From contig CM035362.1 in NCBI GenBank assembly GCA_020137815.1, positions 3,906,001 to 3,970,000 on the forward strand: a stretch of DNA of 64,000 nt. The letters are read 5' to 3'. The stretch comes from Hormiphora californensis. Taxonomy: Eukaryota > Animalia > Ctenophora. The notes under the pieces are model-generated. The model saw only the letters and a list, made by a program, of their open reading frames with translations. It was not told where the DNA came from and searched no databases. Numbering within the stretch: the first letter of the stretch is position 1; each line of letters begins with the position of its first letter. The translations under genes were made by a program, and so were the position numbers. Positions 13,783 to 24,795 of the stretch are shown here, in pieces.

Positions 13783-16700
13783 TCTCTCTATCTTTGCACG
13801 AGTTATCGATCCACCAAGGTTCCCGATTTGTTCCAAAGTGATGTGCAAACGTAGCGTGGTAACCCGTTAAAATGCTCGATGGTATCTTATGGTTCAAATT
13901 TTTCCAAATTTAAAGAGAATCGACAGTTTCGAGTTCCCAAAAATGACCATATATGGTAATGACCATATATGGTGATGATGTAAGTACCTGGAAGTTGGTG
14001 GGTTGCGGGGAGGTCATTGTCATGTTCATACCGCCCGCATACTGCCTGTATCCACCGGTATAACAGCAGTCACTCTCGGAGGAGGAGCTGCTGGAAGAGC
14101 TAGAGCTGAGGGGGAGGAGTTGTTAGATTAGAGATGAAGGGGAGGAGTTGTTAGATTAGTGCTGAGGGGGAGGAGTTGTTAGATTAGTGCTGAGGAGAGG
14201 AGTGGTTAGATTAGTGCTGAGGGGGAGGAGTTGTTAGATTAGTGCTGAGGGGGAGGAGTTGTTAGATTAGTGCTGAGAGGGAGGAGTTGTTAGATTAGTG
14301 CTGAAGGGGAGGAGTTGTTAGATTAGTGCTGAGGGGGAGGAGTGGTTAGATTAGTGCTAGAAGAGTTGTAGAAGAGTTGTTAGATTAGAGCTGAGGGGGA
14401 GGAGTTGTTAGATTAGAGCTGAGGGGGAGGAGTTGTTAGATTAGAGCTGAGAGGGAGGAGTTGTTAGATTAGAGCTGAGAGGGAGGAGTTGTTAGATTAG
14501 TGCTGAGGGGGAGGAGTTGTTAGATTAGTGCTGAGGGGGAGGAGTTGTTAGATTAGTGCTGAGGGGGAGGAGTTGTTAGATTAGTGCTGAGGGGGAGGAG
14601 TTGTTAGATTAGTGCTGAGGGGGAGGAGTTGTTGTTAGATTAGTGCTAGAAGAGTTGTAGAAGAGTTGTTAGATTAGTGCTGAGGGGGAGGAGTTGTTAG
14701 ATTGGAGCTGAAGGGGAGGAGTTGTTAGATTAGTGCTGAGGAGAGGAGTTGTTAGATTAGTGCTGAGGGGGAGGAGTTGTTAGATTAGAGCTGAGAGGGA
14801 GGAGTTGTTAGATTAGTGCTGAGGGGGAGGAGTTGTTAGATTACAGCTAGAACTGAGGGAAAGAAGGTCCGATTAGAGCTGAGGGGAGTGAGGGAGGCTA
14901 GTTTAGAGCTGGAGCTGAAGGGGAGGAGTGGTTAGTGCTGAGAGGAGGGAATACGAGCTGATACTTGATAGGACTACGATTAATCGGTTCAAAAAGTAAC
15001 TAAAGACAACTTTTCTCATCTTTAAATAATGATTATTTACTCTTTTTCACACCTGCTGCTGGAGCTGCTTGAGGAACTGCTTGAAGAAGAGCTGCTCACT
15101 TTCTTGCTCCTCTTCTTGCTCCTCTTCATCCTCATCATCCTACCACCGGGGCTGCACATTCGGTAGAAGGGGACGACCTCGGGATCGTAGCTTCCACCTC
15201 CTCCACACATGTACCTGGATGGTACCACTTCTGGGTCGTATCCACACATCATCACTGGAAGGAGAGAGAGAGGGGGGGGGGGTTAGGACTCCTAATAGGA
15301 GGGGTGGAGGATAACTTAGGAGAGCTAGAGGGTTAGGGGTGGAGGAGAGAGTTAGAGCGATAGGACTCCTAATTATAGTAATAGGAGGGGAGATGGTAAG
15401 TTAGGAGGGCTAGAGGGTTAGGAGGGTAGATGGAGTTGTTACCATGGTTACCATTTGTGTTATGGATCCCACAACTTACCTCGAGAGCTGCATCTCCTAG
15501 ATCGCCTCTTCTTCCGCTTCTTCTTCTCAGGGGCCCCGTTGTCAGTGGTTGTAATCACAACAGTAGCTTCTGGAGATGGAGAGCGTTGGTAAAAATTAGA
15601 TCAGTATCACAGAGACCAATAATTTATTGAAATGGCCAGAACATTTGTGATAAAGATGGTGACACTATAGGTCAGTGATATAATAATTTATGTACTATGT
15701 AATTGTCTCTGTTGAATTATAAAGTATAGGGGTCTATCTATCTACAGATAGAAGTGTAGGGGTACGTGGCAGGAACCGACCGAATCAGGAAATACTGGTC
15801 CCTGGCCCTGATTGGCTGATAACCAGTCACGTGACCTAAATAACGAGTTCTGATTGGCTGTTTACTTAATTCGGTCGGTTCCTGGTACGTGGCCGATTTG
15901 CAGGTGTAGCAGGTGTTGCAGATTAGTGGTCTAAAATACGAAATATCTGCTTCAATAATATTTCCCTGTAGGGCCATTATATAATAATGTTTCGATCTGT
16001 TACTTCATCCTGTTTGTATAGTGGTAACACACTCGCTTCTCATGCACAAAAGTCCCGGGTTCGAATCTCGATTCGGAGTTGCTTAGAAACGATGAAAAGC
16101 ACCCAGTGATTGGGAGATACCTATACCCTTTTAGATTTTGACAAGAACCGACCGAAACAAGTAAACAGCCAATCGTCACGTGACGGGTTATCAGCCAATC
16201 AGGGACCAGTATTTCCTGATTCGGTCAGTTCCTAGTTTTTGACATGCTATATCGGTTGCTGCAAGCCCAAATCTCAGCGATATATCCCTCTATTCTACCG
16301 TGTGGGGCATAAAAAAGGTCGCACTAACCCCCTGATCCTCCTCCTTAGACTAGCATAGTTTCAGGTTTTAGGTAGAAGGAGCTGAGAAGATATCCCAGCT
16401 CTATGTTGATTGTATATTATATGTGTTGTAGGATGCTTATTGTATTGGGGAAATGAGCCATTCGAATTAAATTCAACTGTGGTGGCAATGCCACAGCCCC
16501 AAAAGTCACCGTGTTTTCTTGAAAATATGAAAAGGCTGACACATACCATGTCAAACTCAAAAATACATATCCCATATATGTTTCCAAACATTCAACAGTC
16601 TCGAAAGGGATTTTTGTAGCTTTGCAGCTAGTCGTCTAGGGTAAGTGGTCTTAGCTTGGTGGATGAACATTATATTTCCCTCAATACTCATTTTATATTC

Positions 16701-18914
16701 AATTATATATATCATGAATATCACTTAGTAGTTATCTATCTCTCTCGCTACCTCCATAATAACTCTCTCTCAAGAGTGTTTGTCAATTTTCCTCCTTGAG
16801 CACATACAGCTGTAGCTGTAGCTCAGTAGTAGACCCTCTCTAGCTGTAGTGCCAATCATGCAAGGGTACTAACTCCCTCCACAGCAGCTACTGCTACACT
16901 CGTGTGTAGTTTAGTTTAGTTTATGTGGCCTTGAACTTATTTGCAAAATTTAAATTTGTCTCATTTTCTGGCAAACTGAATTGCGTTGTGTTTTTTATTT
17001 TGTATTTTAAACACAACTCTTACCGGGTGAGGGGGATCGTGTCTTGGTAATAACGACCTCAGGCTCGGCAGGTTCAGACTGGGTAACAGTCACAATCTCA
17101 GTAGATCCACCCATATCCATGGTCTGTTGTCCACCTTCCATAACTAGCTCAACAGTTGATTCAAGGGGTTGCTCGATGGGTGATGGGCTGCGTCTTGTCT
17201 CACGTTCCACACTGCGTTCAGTCCTGGACTGGGGTCTGCCTCCACCGGTGGTGGTGGTAGTGGTGACAATTTCCTAGGGTGGGGAGAGGGGTGTTAGGGA
17301 GAGATTGGAGGTGGGGAGAGGGGTGTTAGTGGTGACAGTTTCCTGGGGGTGGGGAGAGGGTGTTAGGGAGAGATTGGGGTGGGGAGAGGGGTGTTAGTGG
17401 TGACAATTTCCTGGGGGTGGGGAGAGGGTGTTAGGGAGAGATTGGGGGTGGGGAGAGGGGTGTTAGGGAGAGATTGGGGGTGGGGAGAGGGGTGTTAGGG
17501 AGAGATTGGGGGTGGGGAGAGGGGTGTTGGGGAGAGATTTGGGGTGGGGAGAGGGGTGTTAGCATGGTGACAATTTCCTGGGGGGTGGGGAGAGGGTGTT
17601 AGGGAGAGATTGGGGGTGAGGAGAGGGTGTTAGCATGGTGACAATTTTCTGGGGGTGGGGAGAGGGTGTTAGCATGGTGACAATTTTCTGGGGGTGGGAA
17701 GAGGGTGTTAGCATGGTGACAATTTTCTGGGGGTGGGAAGAGGGTGTTAGCATGGTGGCAATTTCCTGAGGGTGAGAGGAGAGGGTGTTGGGGAGAGATT
17801 GGGGGTGGGGAGAGGGGTGTTAGGGAGAGATTGGGGTGGGGAGAGGGGTGTTAGGGAGAGATTGGGGGTGGGGAGAGGGGTGTTAGGGAGAGATTGGGGG
17901 TGGGGAGAGGTTGTTAGGGAGAGATTGGGGGTGGGGAGAGGGTGTTAGGGAGAGATTGGGGGTGGGGAGAGGGGTGTTAGCATGGTGACAATTTCCTGGG
18001 GGGTGGGGAGAGGGTGTTAGGGAGAGATTGGGGTCTGCCTCCACCGGTGGTGGTGGTGGTGGTGACAATTTCCTGGGGGTGAGAGGAGAGGGTGTTAGGG
18101 AGAGATTGGGATGGGGAGAGGGGTGTTAGTGGTGACAATTTCCTGGGGGTGGGGAGAGGGTGTTAGGGAGAGATTGGGGGTGGGGAGAGGGGTGTTAGGG
18201 AGAGATTGGGGTGAGAGTAGAGGGTGTTAGGGAGAGATTGGGGGTGGGGAGAGGGGTGTTGGGGAGAGATTTGGGGTGGGGAGAGGGTGTTAGGGAGAGA
18301 TTGGGGTGGGGAGAGGGGTGTTAGCATGGTGACAATTTCCTGGGGGGTGGGGAGAGGGTGTTAGGGAGAGATTGGGGGTGAGGAGAGGGTGTTAGCATGG
18401 TGACAATTTTCTGGGGGTGGGGAGAGGGTGTTAGCATGGTGACAATTTTCTGGGGGTGGGGAGAGGGTGTTAGCATGGTGACAATTTTCTGGGGGTGGGA
18501 AGAGGGTGTTAGCATGGTGACAATTTTCTGGGGGTGGGAAGAGGGTGTTAGCATGGTGGCAATTTCCTGAGGGTGAGAGGAGAGGGTGTTGGGGAGAGAT
18601 TGGGGGTGGGGAGAGGGGTGTTAGGGAGAGATTGGGGTGGGGAGAGGGGTGTTAGGGAGATATTGGGGGTGGGGAGAGGGGTGTTAGGGAGAGATTGGGG
18701 GTGGGGAGAGGGTGTTAGGGAGAGATTGGGTGTGGGGAGAGGGTGTTAGGGAGAGATTGGGGGTGGGGAGAGGGGTGTTAGGGAGAGATTGGGGGTGGGG
18801 AGAGGGGTGTTAGGGAGAGATTGGGGGTGAGGATAGGGTGGGACTGTACTCAAAATGTTTACAAAGTGTCTCTATATGATCACCCCTCTCTCTTTCATTG
18901 TCTCTTTCTCTCTC

Positions 18915-18965
<51 letters not shown>

Positions 18966-21900
18966 ATTGACGTCGTCTATTATAGCATAAGAGTGCAGCA
19001 TGCAGAATAGAAACACAGCATCTTTATTCGAAACGCAAACATCCCACACAGAACGTAGTGCCACTTTCACACACTGTGTATTATATAGCCCGGAATTGTC
19101 CTCATCCCAGCGGCTCCATGGCTTAGTTGGTTAAAGCGCCTGTCTAGTAAACAGGAGATCCCGAGTTCGAATCTCGGTGGAGCCTTTTGGTTAAATTTTT
19201 GACGAGCCTCGAAAATTAGTGAACAATGAACTTTTTCTCTTTTACACTGACACCTAATTTTACTCCTAATTATCCCTTATTTTATACTTTTCTACATTAG
19301 GGAACAACTATAATAGACTTGAATACCCCGAATAGCAGCTATCCGGGATATCCCTCTCTGGTAGTCCAGTGGTACCTGATCTATCTCAAAACAGAGTCGG
19401 CCAATCTTGACTTCTAGAATACAATGTAAACTGAAGAGGAAGTTCTCAATTATAAGTAGGCCAGATAATTCAATCTGAGTCGGGTCGTGTGCACGCGGTG
19501 ATTTCAAAGCAAGTATAAAATCTCCGCAAATGCGGATTTGTCAGCGCCTTCTTGGCTCAGTTGGTTAGAGCGTCAGTCTCATAATCTGAAGGTCGTGAGT
19601 TCGAGCCTCACAGAGGGCAGTAATTTTGGTAAACTTTTTAATTTCCCATTTTAATTTCCCTGAATTGGGCATGTAATTACATATTCGACTTTGATGCACT
19701 ACTAATTTATAAATATCAAATTTACTCGAGACTTTATCTCAGAAGGCAAAAGAAAGGGCTAATAAAATTCAAACTACAGAACTAGGAGTGTGTTTCCGTG
19801 TTCCGAGACAGCGCCTTCTTGGCTCAGTTGGTTAGAGCGTCAGTCTCATAATCTGAAGGTCGTGAGTTCGAGCCTCACAGAGGGCAGTAATTTTGGTAAA
19901 CTTTTTAATTTCCAATTTTAATTTTTCATTTTTGGGAAAACTTCTAATTTTTCAGTTTTTGTTTCGATCATTTGTGTTTTTGTTTTTGTGTCATTTTTCC
20001 ATGGTAAACTAACAATTTCAACATCAAAATATTACTTTATTTTAGCGCCTCGACTTCCTCACCCTGCTATATAAACCCCCGGAAATGCGGCCATCCTACG
20101 GCCACCGTAGCTCAGTGGCAGAGCACTGCTCTCGTAAAGCAGGGGTCGCGAGTTCGAACCTCGTCGGTGGCTTGTTATTTTGGGGGAATTTAGTTTTGGA
20201 GATTTAGTTTTGGAGTCGGTGGCTTGTAATTTTGGGGAAATTTAGTTTTGGAGTCGGTGGCTTGTTATTTTGGGGAAATTTAGTAATTTAGTTTTGGAGA
20301 AGTTTTGTTTTGGAGTCGGTGGCTTGTAATTTTGGGGAAATTTAGTAATTTTTTTTGGAGAAGTTTTGTTTTGGAGTCGGTGGCTTGTTATTTTGGGGGA
20401 ATTTAGTTTTGGAGTCGGTGGCTTGTTATTTTGGGGCATTTTACAGTTTCGGACACTGCCGAGGGCAATAGAAGGGTACACTTTGTAGTTAAGAAGGAAA
20501 CCACGTGTCATAGTGCTTTTCTGTTGTTATGTTCTAACCCTCCTTTACAGGAGGGTCGAGCAAGGCAAAAGCTGTGCTTTTCTGGTGTTGTGTGGGTGGT
20601 GGGAAGGAGAGTGGTGTTCCATGTTGGTGTACTAGAACTATCATATAAAGGTTCCATGGTGCTGTGTTTTGGTGCAGATCGTTTTGTATTAAGGGTACAC
20701 CTGGCGTTTTTCATCATCGAGTGCCCAACCAAATGACTTCACCAGGGTTTAGGTCATACAAAATGGACCTCAAATATGCAATTTTAGCCCTAAAGTCGAA
20801 TTCATATTTTTGCTACAGCCTATTTTCAAAGTGGCGTTTTTTCAATTTTTGTTGGAATTTTTAACCTCAGGACCACTTTTTTTGAGATAGAAACATTAAA
20901 TTCTTGAAATTTGAAGAGAATATAAAGGTGAATAAGCCCAAAGAAGGATTTTTGAAATGGAGCTTATTTCTGGCCATGAGAAGGGTTTACTTTTTTGCTT
21001 CTTTGACACGCTGGCTGAGAATGTTCCCATGCTTCATTAGAGATGAAAATCTGGAAATAGTTGCTCAAAACGATTATCTATGTGGCCCAAAAATTTTGGA
21101 ACTTTCCCGCCAAAGATGTGGTGTACAGAGCTTGTTTTGTGAAACCCGTCTTTTTGAAAAAGAGAGGAATTCCCTGTATCTCCAAAACGGATGATCGTAG
21201 AGACCTGGGACCAAGCTTAATCGATTCAGAAGGTCCGATTTTGGGGGGGTCTTCTGAGAGACATTTTGCTCCTACTCCAACCGTTTTTGCTGTAATTGCG
21301 AAAAAGGTATCAGCAAGTAAGGGGGAAATCAGCCCGAAGCAGGCTACTGGAATAGAGTTGTTCCCCCTTTTCATAGAATTGGTTTTTTGCAATTACAGCA
21401 AAAACGGTTGGAGTAGGAGCAAAATGTCTCTCAGAAGACCCCCCCAAAATCGGACCTTCTGAATCGATTAAGTTTGGTCCCAGGTCTCTACGATCATCCG
21501 TTTTGGAGATACAGGGAATTCCTCTCTTTTTCAAAAAGACGGGTTTCACAAAACAAGCTCTGTACACCACATCTTTGGCGGGAAAGTTCCAAAATTTTTG
21601 GGCCACATAGATAATCGTTTTGAGCAACTATTTCCAGATTTTCATCTCTAATGAAGCATGGGAAAATTCTCAGCCAGCGTGTCAAAGAAGCAAAAAAGTA
21701 AACCCTTCTCATGGCCAGAAATAAGCTCCATTTCAAAAATCCTTCTTTGGGCTTATTCACCTTTATATTCTCTTCAAATTCCAAGAATTTAATGTTTCTA
21801 TCTCAAAAAAAGTGGTCCTGAGGTTAAAAATTCCAACAAAAATTGAAAAAACGCCACTTTGAAAATAGGCTGTAGCAAAAATATGAATTCGACTTTAGGG

Positions 21901-22273
21901 CTAAAATTGCATATTTGAGGTCCATTTTGTATGACCTAAACCCTGGTGAAGTCATTTGGTTGGGCACTCGATGATGAAAAACGCCAGGTGTACCCTTAAA
22001 AGTTTCTCTCTCTCTCACCTCTTCCACACATACGCTCCTTTTCTCTCAACCATCCTCGCGACCTCGCACTCTCTTGAGTCGCTTGACACTGTTTCCGTGC
22101 TTCGCATTTTAGAATAAAAATGTATGAACAATTCAAGCACTCTCTTCTCCTGTCTGGCGCCGCGACCCATCTGAGCGCACTGTCAAATGGGGTATGGCGC
22201 CGCCATACAGCTCTTCTCTTACCTCGATTATTTCCTCTACAATTTCTTCCTCGTATTCATCGGAAGATCCCAT
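152..22273 (-). CDS. Multi-exon gene for a very large (roughly 3,500 aa) low-complexity Ser/Thr/Pro/Lys/Gly-rich protein; possible microtubule-associated protein
   Basis: GT-AG exons chain with consistent phases, approx. 22223-22273 (MGSSDEYEEEIVEEIIE), 17024-17273, 15480-15569, 15053-15255, 13988-14105, 12385-13374, 11759-11866, 11507-11616, 11316-11415, 10610-10849, 10201-10299, 9959-10113, 9582-9707, 8648-9484, 8165-8311, 7832-7934, 7592-7711, 7362-7510, 7104-7258, 6786-6854, 1039-6512, 315-677, 152-174. Includes ORFs 2014..6450, 836..1918, 12367..13401, 8633..9307 and 307..687. Apparent frameshifts near 2100, 9330 and 10030-10092. No globular domain recognised. Confidence 0.75.
775..833. 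mobile_element. 60-bp mini-MITE (CTGTCTGGCG...CGCCATACAG) with 8-bp TSD
   Basis: Flanks ggtcagtg/ggttagtg; family members at 22150-22210 and ~41644-41706. Confidence 0.7.
1039..6512 (-). CDS. Giant 5.5-kb exon (phase 1-1) of the low-complexity gene
   Basis: Acceptor cacag|GT at 6512 is in frame with ORF 2014..6450; donor G|gtagac at 1038 is in frame with ORF 836..1918. The two ORFs join via a 44-nt GT-AG intron (2092-2135) or a frameshift. Confidence 0.75.
2577..2865 (-). repeat. Coding 36-nt tandem repeat (PGPKAPTTVAKT, about 8 copies)
   Basis: Unit ggcaacggtggtgggtgcctttgggcctggtgtctt repeated on the + strand. Confidence 0.95.
6577..6685. mobile_element. 109-bp hAT-type MITE (TIR CAGGAACCGACCG)
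   Basis: TIRs CAGGAACCGACCG...CGGTCGGTTCCTG; 8-bp TSD gtttagag on both sides. Confidence 0.9.
10561..10609. mobile_element. Fragment of the hAT MITE abutting a 5' splice site
   Basis: ccagtcacgtgacctaaataacgagttctgattggttgtttt matches the MITE core. Confidence 0.75.
13600..13790. repeat. (CT)n/(CTAT)n microsatellite
   Basis: Direct inspection. Confidence 0.9.
14106..14880. repeat. Intronic ~28-nt minisatellite built from a 3' splice site
   Basis: Minus-strand unit actaatctaacaactcctccccctcagc, roughly 25-28 copies, ending at the real acceptor of exon 13988-14105. Confidence 0.92.
15770..15884. mobile_element. hAT MITE copy
   Basis: TIRs plus 8-bp TSD gtacgtgg. Confidence 0.9.
16008..16080 (+). 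pseudogene. Degenerate tRNA or tRNA-derived SINE head
   Basis: A-box-like tagtggtaa and B-box ggttcgaatc; acceptor and anticodon stems do not pair properly. Confidence 0.45.
16142..16234. mobile_element. hAT MITE copy (reverse orientation, internal deletion)
   Basis: caagaaccgaccgaaac...tcggtcagttccta. Confidence 0.8.
17274..18840. repeat. G-rich intronic minisatellite (~29-30 nt units) built from a 3' splice site plus exon start
   Basis: Units ggggtggggagaggggtgttagggagagatt and ...gttagcatggtgacaatttcctgg; partial exon copy at ~18030-18075. Confidence 0.92.
19112..19185 (+). tRNA. tRNA-Thr(AGT)
   Basis: Cloverleaf GGCTCCA...TGGAGCC; anticodon arm cctgt-ctAGTaa-acagg; T-loop gttcgaat; TTTT terminator. 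Confidence 0.95.
19546..19619 (+). tRNA. tRNA-Met(CAT), elongator type
   Basis: GCCTTCT...AGAGGGC acceptor stem; anticodon arm tcagt-ctCATaa-tctga; gttcgag T-loop. Confidence 0.95.
19813..19886 (+). tRNA. tRNA-Met(CAT), identical second copy
   Basis: Identical to 19546-19619, shares ~35 nt of 3' flank but has a different 5' flank. Confidence 0.92.
20101..20172 (+). tRNA. tRNA-Thr(CGT)
   Basis: GCCACCG...CGGTGGC acceptor stem; anticodon arm ctgct-ctCGTaa-agcag; gttcgaacc. Confidence 0.93.
20164..20438 (+). repeat. Tandem repeat of the tRNA-Thr 3' end plus terminator region
   Basis: gtcggtggcttgt(t/a)attttgggg occurs six times, counting the tRNA end. Confidence 0.9.
20693..21995. mobile_element. 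1.3-kb foldback non-autonomous DNA transposon, Kolobok-like
   Basis: TTAA on both sides; termini GGGTACACC...GGTGTACCC; ~610-bp near-identical inverted arms; ~80-bp spacer. Confidence 0.85.
22150..22210. mobile_element. 60-bp mini-MITE with 8-bp TSD
   Basis: Perfect TSD ctcttctc; same family as 775-833. Confidence 0.8.
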
Positions 22274-22486
22274 GTTTTTTGCTGTCGAGTTTCTAGCTAA
22301 ACAAAGATAAAATTGATGATGGATTACAGCTTAAAAAAATAGTAATAAATAGTAATGGGATAGTAATTAATAAGTACATATAGTAATTAATAGTTTTCCT
22401 CTTCTCCCCTATTTAGCAAGGTAAATATCTGCATAACGATCAGAGCTGGGAAAAGCACCTAGCTACTATAGCTAGTCCCCCAGGAA

Positions 22487-22794
22487 ATGGGCAAGAGTTT
22501 AAAGAGCAATAAATCAGGTAAGTCTGGACTAAAATATGTTAAATAAATAATTAATTAGTTATTAATTGATTATATAATTAGTTAGTTAATTAACAAAAGT
22601 ACACGTACAAACCCCCTACCAGATACAGTCGAACCCCGATTTAGTGGCACCCCGATTTAGTTAAATCGGGGTCCGACTGTAGTATTAATCTGCAAATGTC
22701 TTCACTATATCAATATACAGGTGGTAAAAACAAAAGTACTGAAGATCTTATGGAGATGGAGGATTTAACGAGGCTGATGGGAGCATTCAGCAGG
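22487..22794 (+). CDS. Possible small spliced gene divergent from the giant gene (MGKSLKSNKSGGKNKSTEDLMEMEDLTRLMGAFSR...)
   Basis: Exons 22487-22517 (donor gtaag) and 22721-22794 (cag acceptor, gtgag donor) join in frame; downstream exons not found. Confidence 0.3.
22626..22679. mobile_element. Tc1/mariner-type MITE (TA-CAGTCG...CGACTG-TA)
   Basis: TIRs cagtcg(a/g)accccgattta; TA flanks; relatives at 23152-23220, 40060-40143 and 44818-44997. Confidence 0.75.
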
Positions 22795-24795
22795 GTGAGT
22801 AATATTTAATTAGTTGTTGAGTAACTAACAACAAACATTCAGTAGGGTGAGTGATATTTAATTAGCCAATTAACTATAAAAACTAACTTTGTAACAACAA
22901 AAGATTAGTGGGTTAGTTAGGGTTTTTGGGTTCAAGTTGCTGAAAATGGGGTCGAAGAGTAGAGAAGTTATAAGATTACGGGGCTTCGAATCGTTCACTT
23001 CAACATTTGATTGGAATTAGAATTAGGGCGATAAGCTCCAGTTTAATCTCTATCACTTCAAATAATGTTTTAATGGAAACAAATTAGCTAAAAAGCAATT
23101 ATAATTATGGAAACCCGCTGCTAGCCTCGCATAATCAGTAACAGGTGGTTTCAGTCGGACCCCGATTTACTGGGATGCTCGGGGGAATTGGGGCTTGCCC
23201 GGTATATCGGGGTCGGAATGTACTTATATTACTGCTATCAAGATGAATCAAATCAAAAGTAGAAGGCAAGCTTATTAACCTGGTAGCATTGGTGTAAAGT
23301 GCACACATAATACACACAGAGCTAGGGAGATATCACACACGCAAACCCTTGTTGAAGATGATCAAAGACATTAAGAGATATAGAGAGAGAAATAAAGATA
23401 GAGAGATAAAGAGATAGAGAGAGATAGAGAGAGATAGAGGTGATTGGTGCCATCTATATTTACCTTACACCCCCCCCCCATGGTAAAGGAGGGTACTTAA
23501 ATCATTGATTGATTGGCTTTCACCAATGTGTTTATACCACAATACCAACCCCTCTGTTATAATTGGGCGAATGGGGGGTGGTTGTGGTTTGAAACCATAA
23601 GAAAAAGAGAGAGAGGGATGAAAAAGAGAGGGAGGGATGGAAAAGATAGAGAGGGAGATATAGAGAGGGAGTGAGGGAGAGATGGGGAAAAGAGAGGGAG
23701 AGAAGGATTGAGAGGGATGAAAAAGAGAGGGAGGGATGGAAAAGATAGATGGAAAGATAGAGAGAAGGATTGAGAGGGAGAGATAGAGAAAGAGAGACGT
23801 GAGATATGGTGGTAGAAGCTGGAGAAAAAGTGGTAAAATATCACGTTTGGGTATCAACATGAGCCTCATGCCCTCATGTCATAAAGTTGATGATTCGAGA
23901 TTTATTCGGCCAATAATTGGGCTTGTTCTGTATTATGGCCGTTGAGAGGGAGTTTCCCACTCCGTTCCTACTCAACAAACTATGGCCTGGACCATTGTTC
24001 AGCTGATCAAACAACCAACCTTCACTCAAAGTGGTATCACTTTAACAGTTAAGTGTTTTGAATAACACACCAGCTGTATGACAATAGCGCTGAAACAAGA
24101 TGCAGCAGGCACCGCAAACAAAATAGAAAACGATAAAGAGAGAGACCGCAAACACAGGTCGCTCCTCCACAGACAGCTCTATATATACTATAGACAGCTG
24201 TATACTGCCCCAGCTCTTACTTGCCTGGCTAACAGAAACACAGAGAAGCAGGGGGTAGAGAGAGGGTGGTGGTAGAGAGACAATCATTGAGGGATCAGAG
24301 AGACAATGAGAGAGATGAGGCAGAGAGAGTGAGTTAGATACCCCACCAACAGTATTGCAATACTCATACAATATATATTTTCATGGACTGGTGATTCTGG
24401 ATTCAGACGTCTTGGTGAATAAACAGAGCATATCATGTAATAGAAAAGCTGTGTTCAGTGAATGCACAATAAAAAACATATTTTACTGAATAATAGGGGG
24501 TATGTACACTTATAATCCCAGATAACCCAGATAGTCCGGGTAGTCCGGATAATATATTTATTTTCAAGATAGCCCAGAGGACAATGTACGAGTGGGCTTG
24601 ATTTAGATTACCGAAGTATTCCAGCTCGTTATAGGCTTGAATAACGTTCATGAAAATGTCAATTATCCGGGCTATCCGAGGATTATACACACATCCCCTA
24701 ACACTCCTTTTTTCATACTAAAATATTTTATCAAAATAATTTGGGTTCACTTCGCACAATCAGATTCTCTAGATAATTAATCGTTGCCATGGTTT

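Noticed and set aside
17274-18840. Interstitial telomere (TTAGGG present; also CCCTAA at 60535-61040)
   Set aside because: The hexamer occurs once per longer unit and never as tandem TTAGGG.
20693-21995. piggyBac assignment for TTAA-flanked elements (also 55067-56658)
   Set aside because: Termini start with purines (GG/AG), which fits Kolobok rather than piggyBac CCY ends.
20664-22027. Mirror-image ORF pairs (20904..21194 and 21494..21784, etc.)
   Set aside because: By-products of the palindromic element; no transposase motifs.
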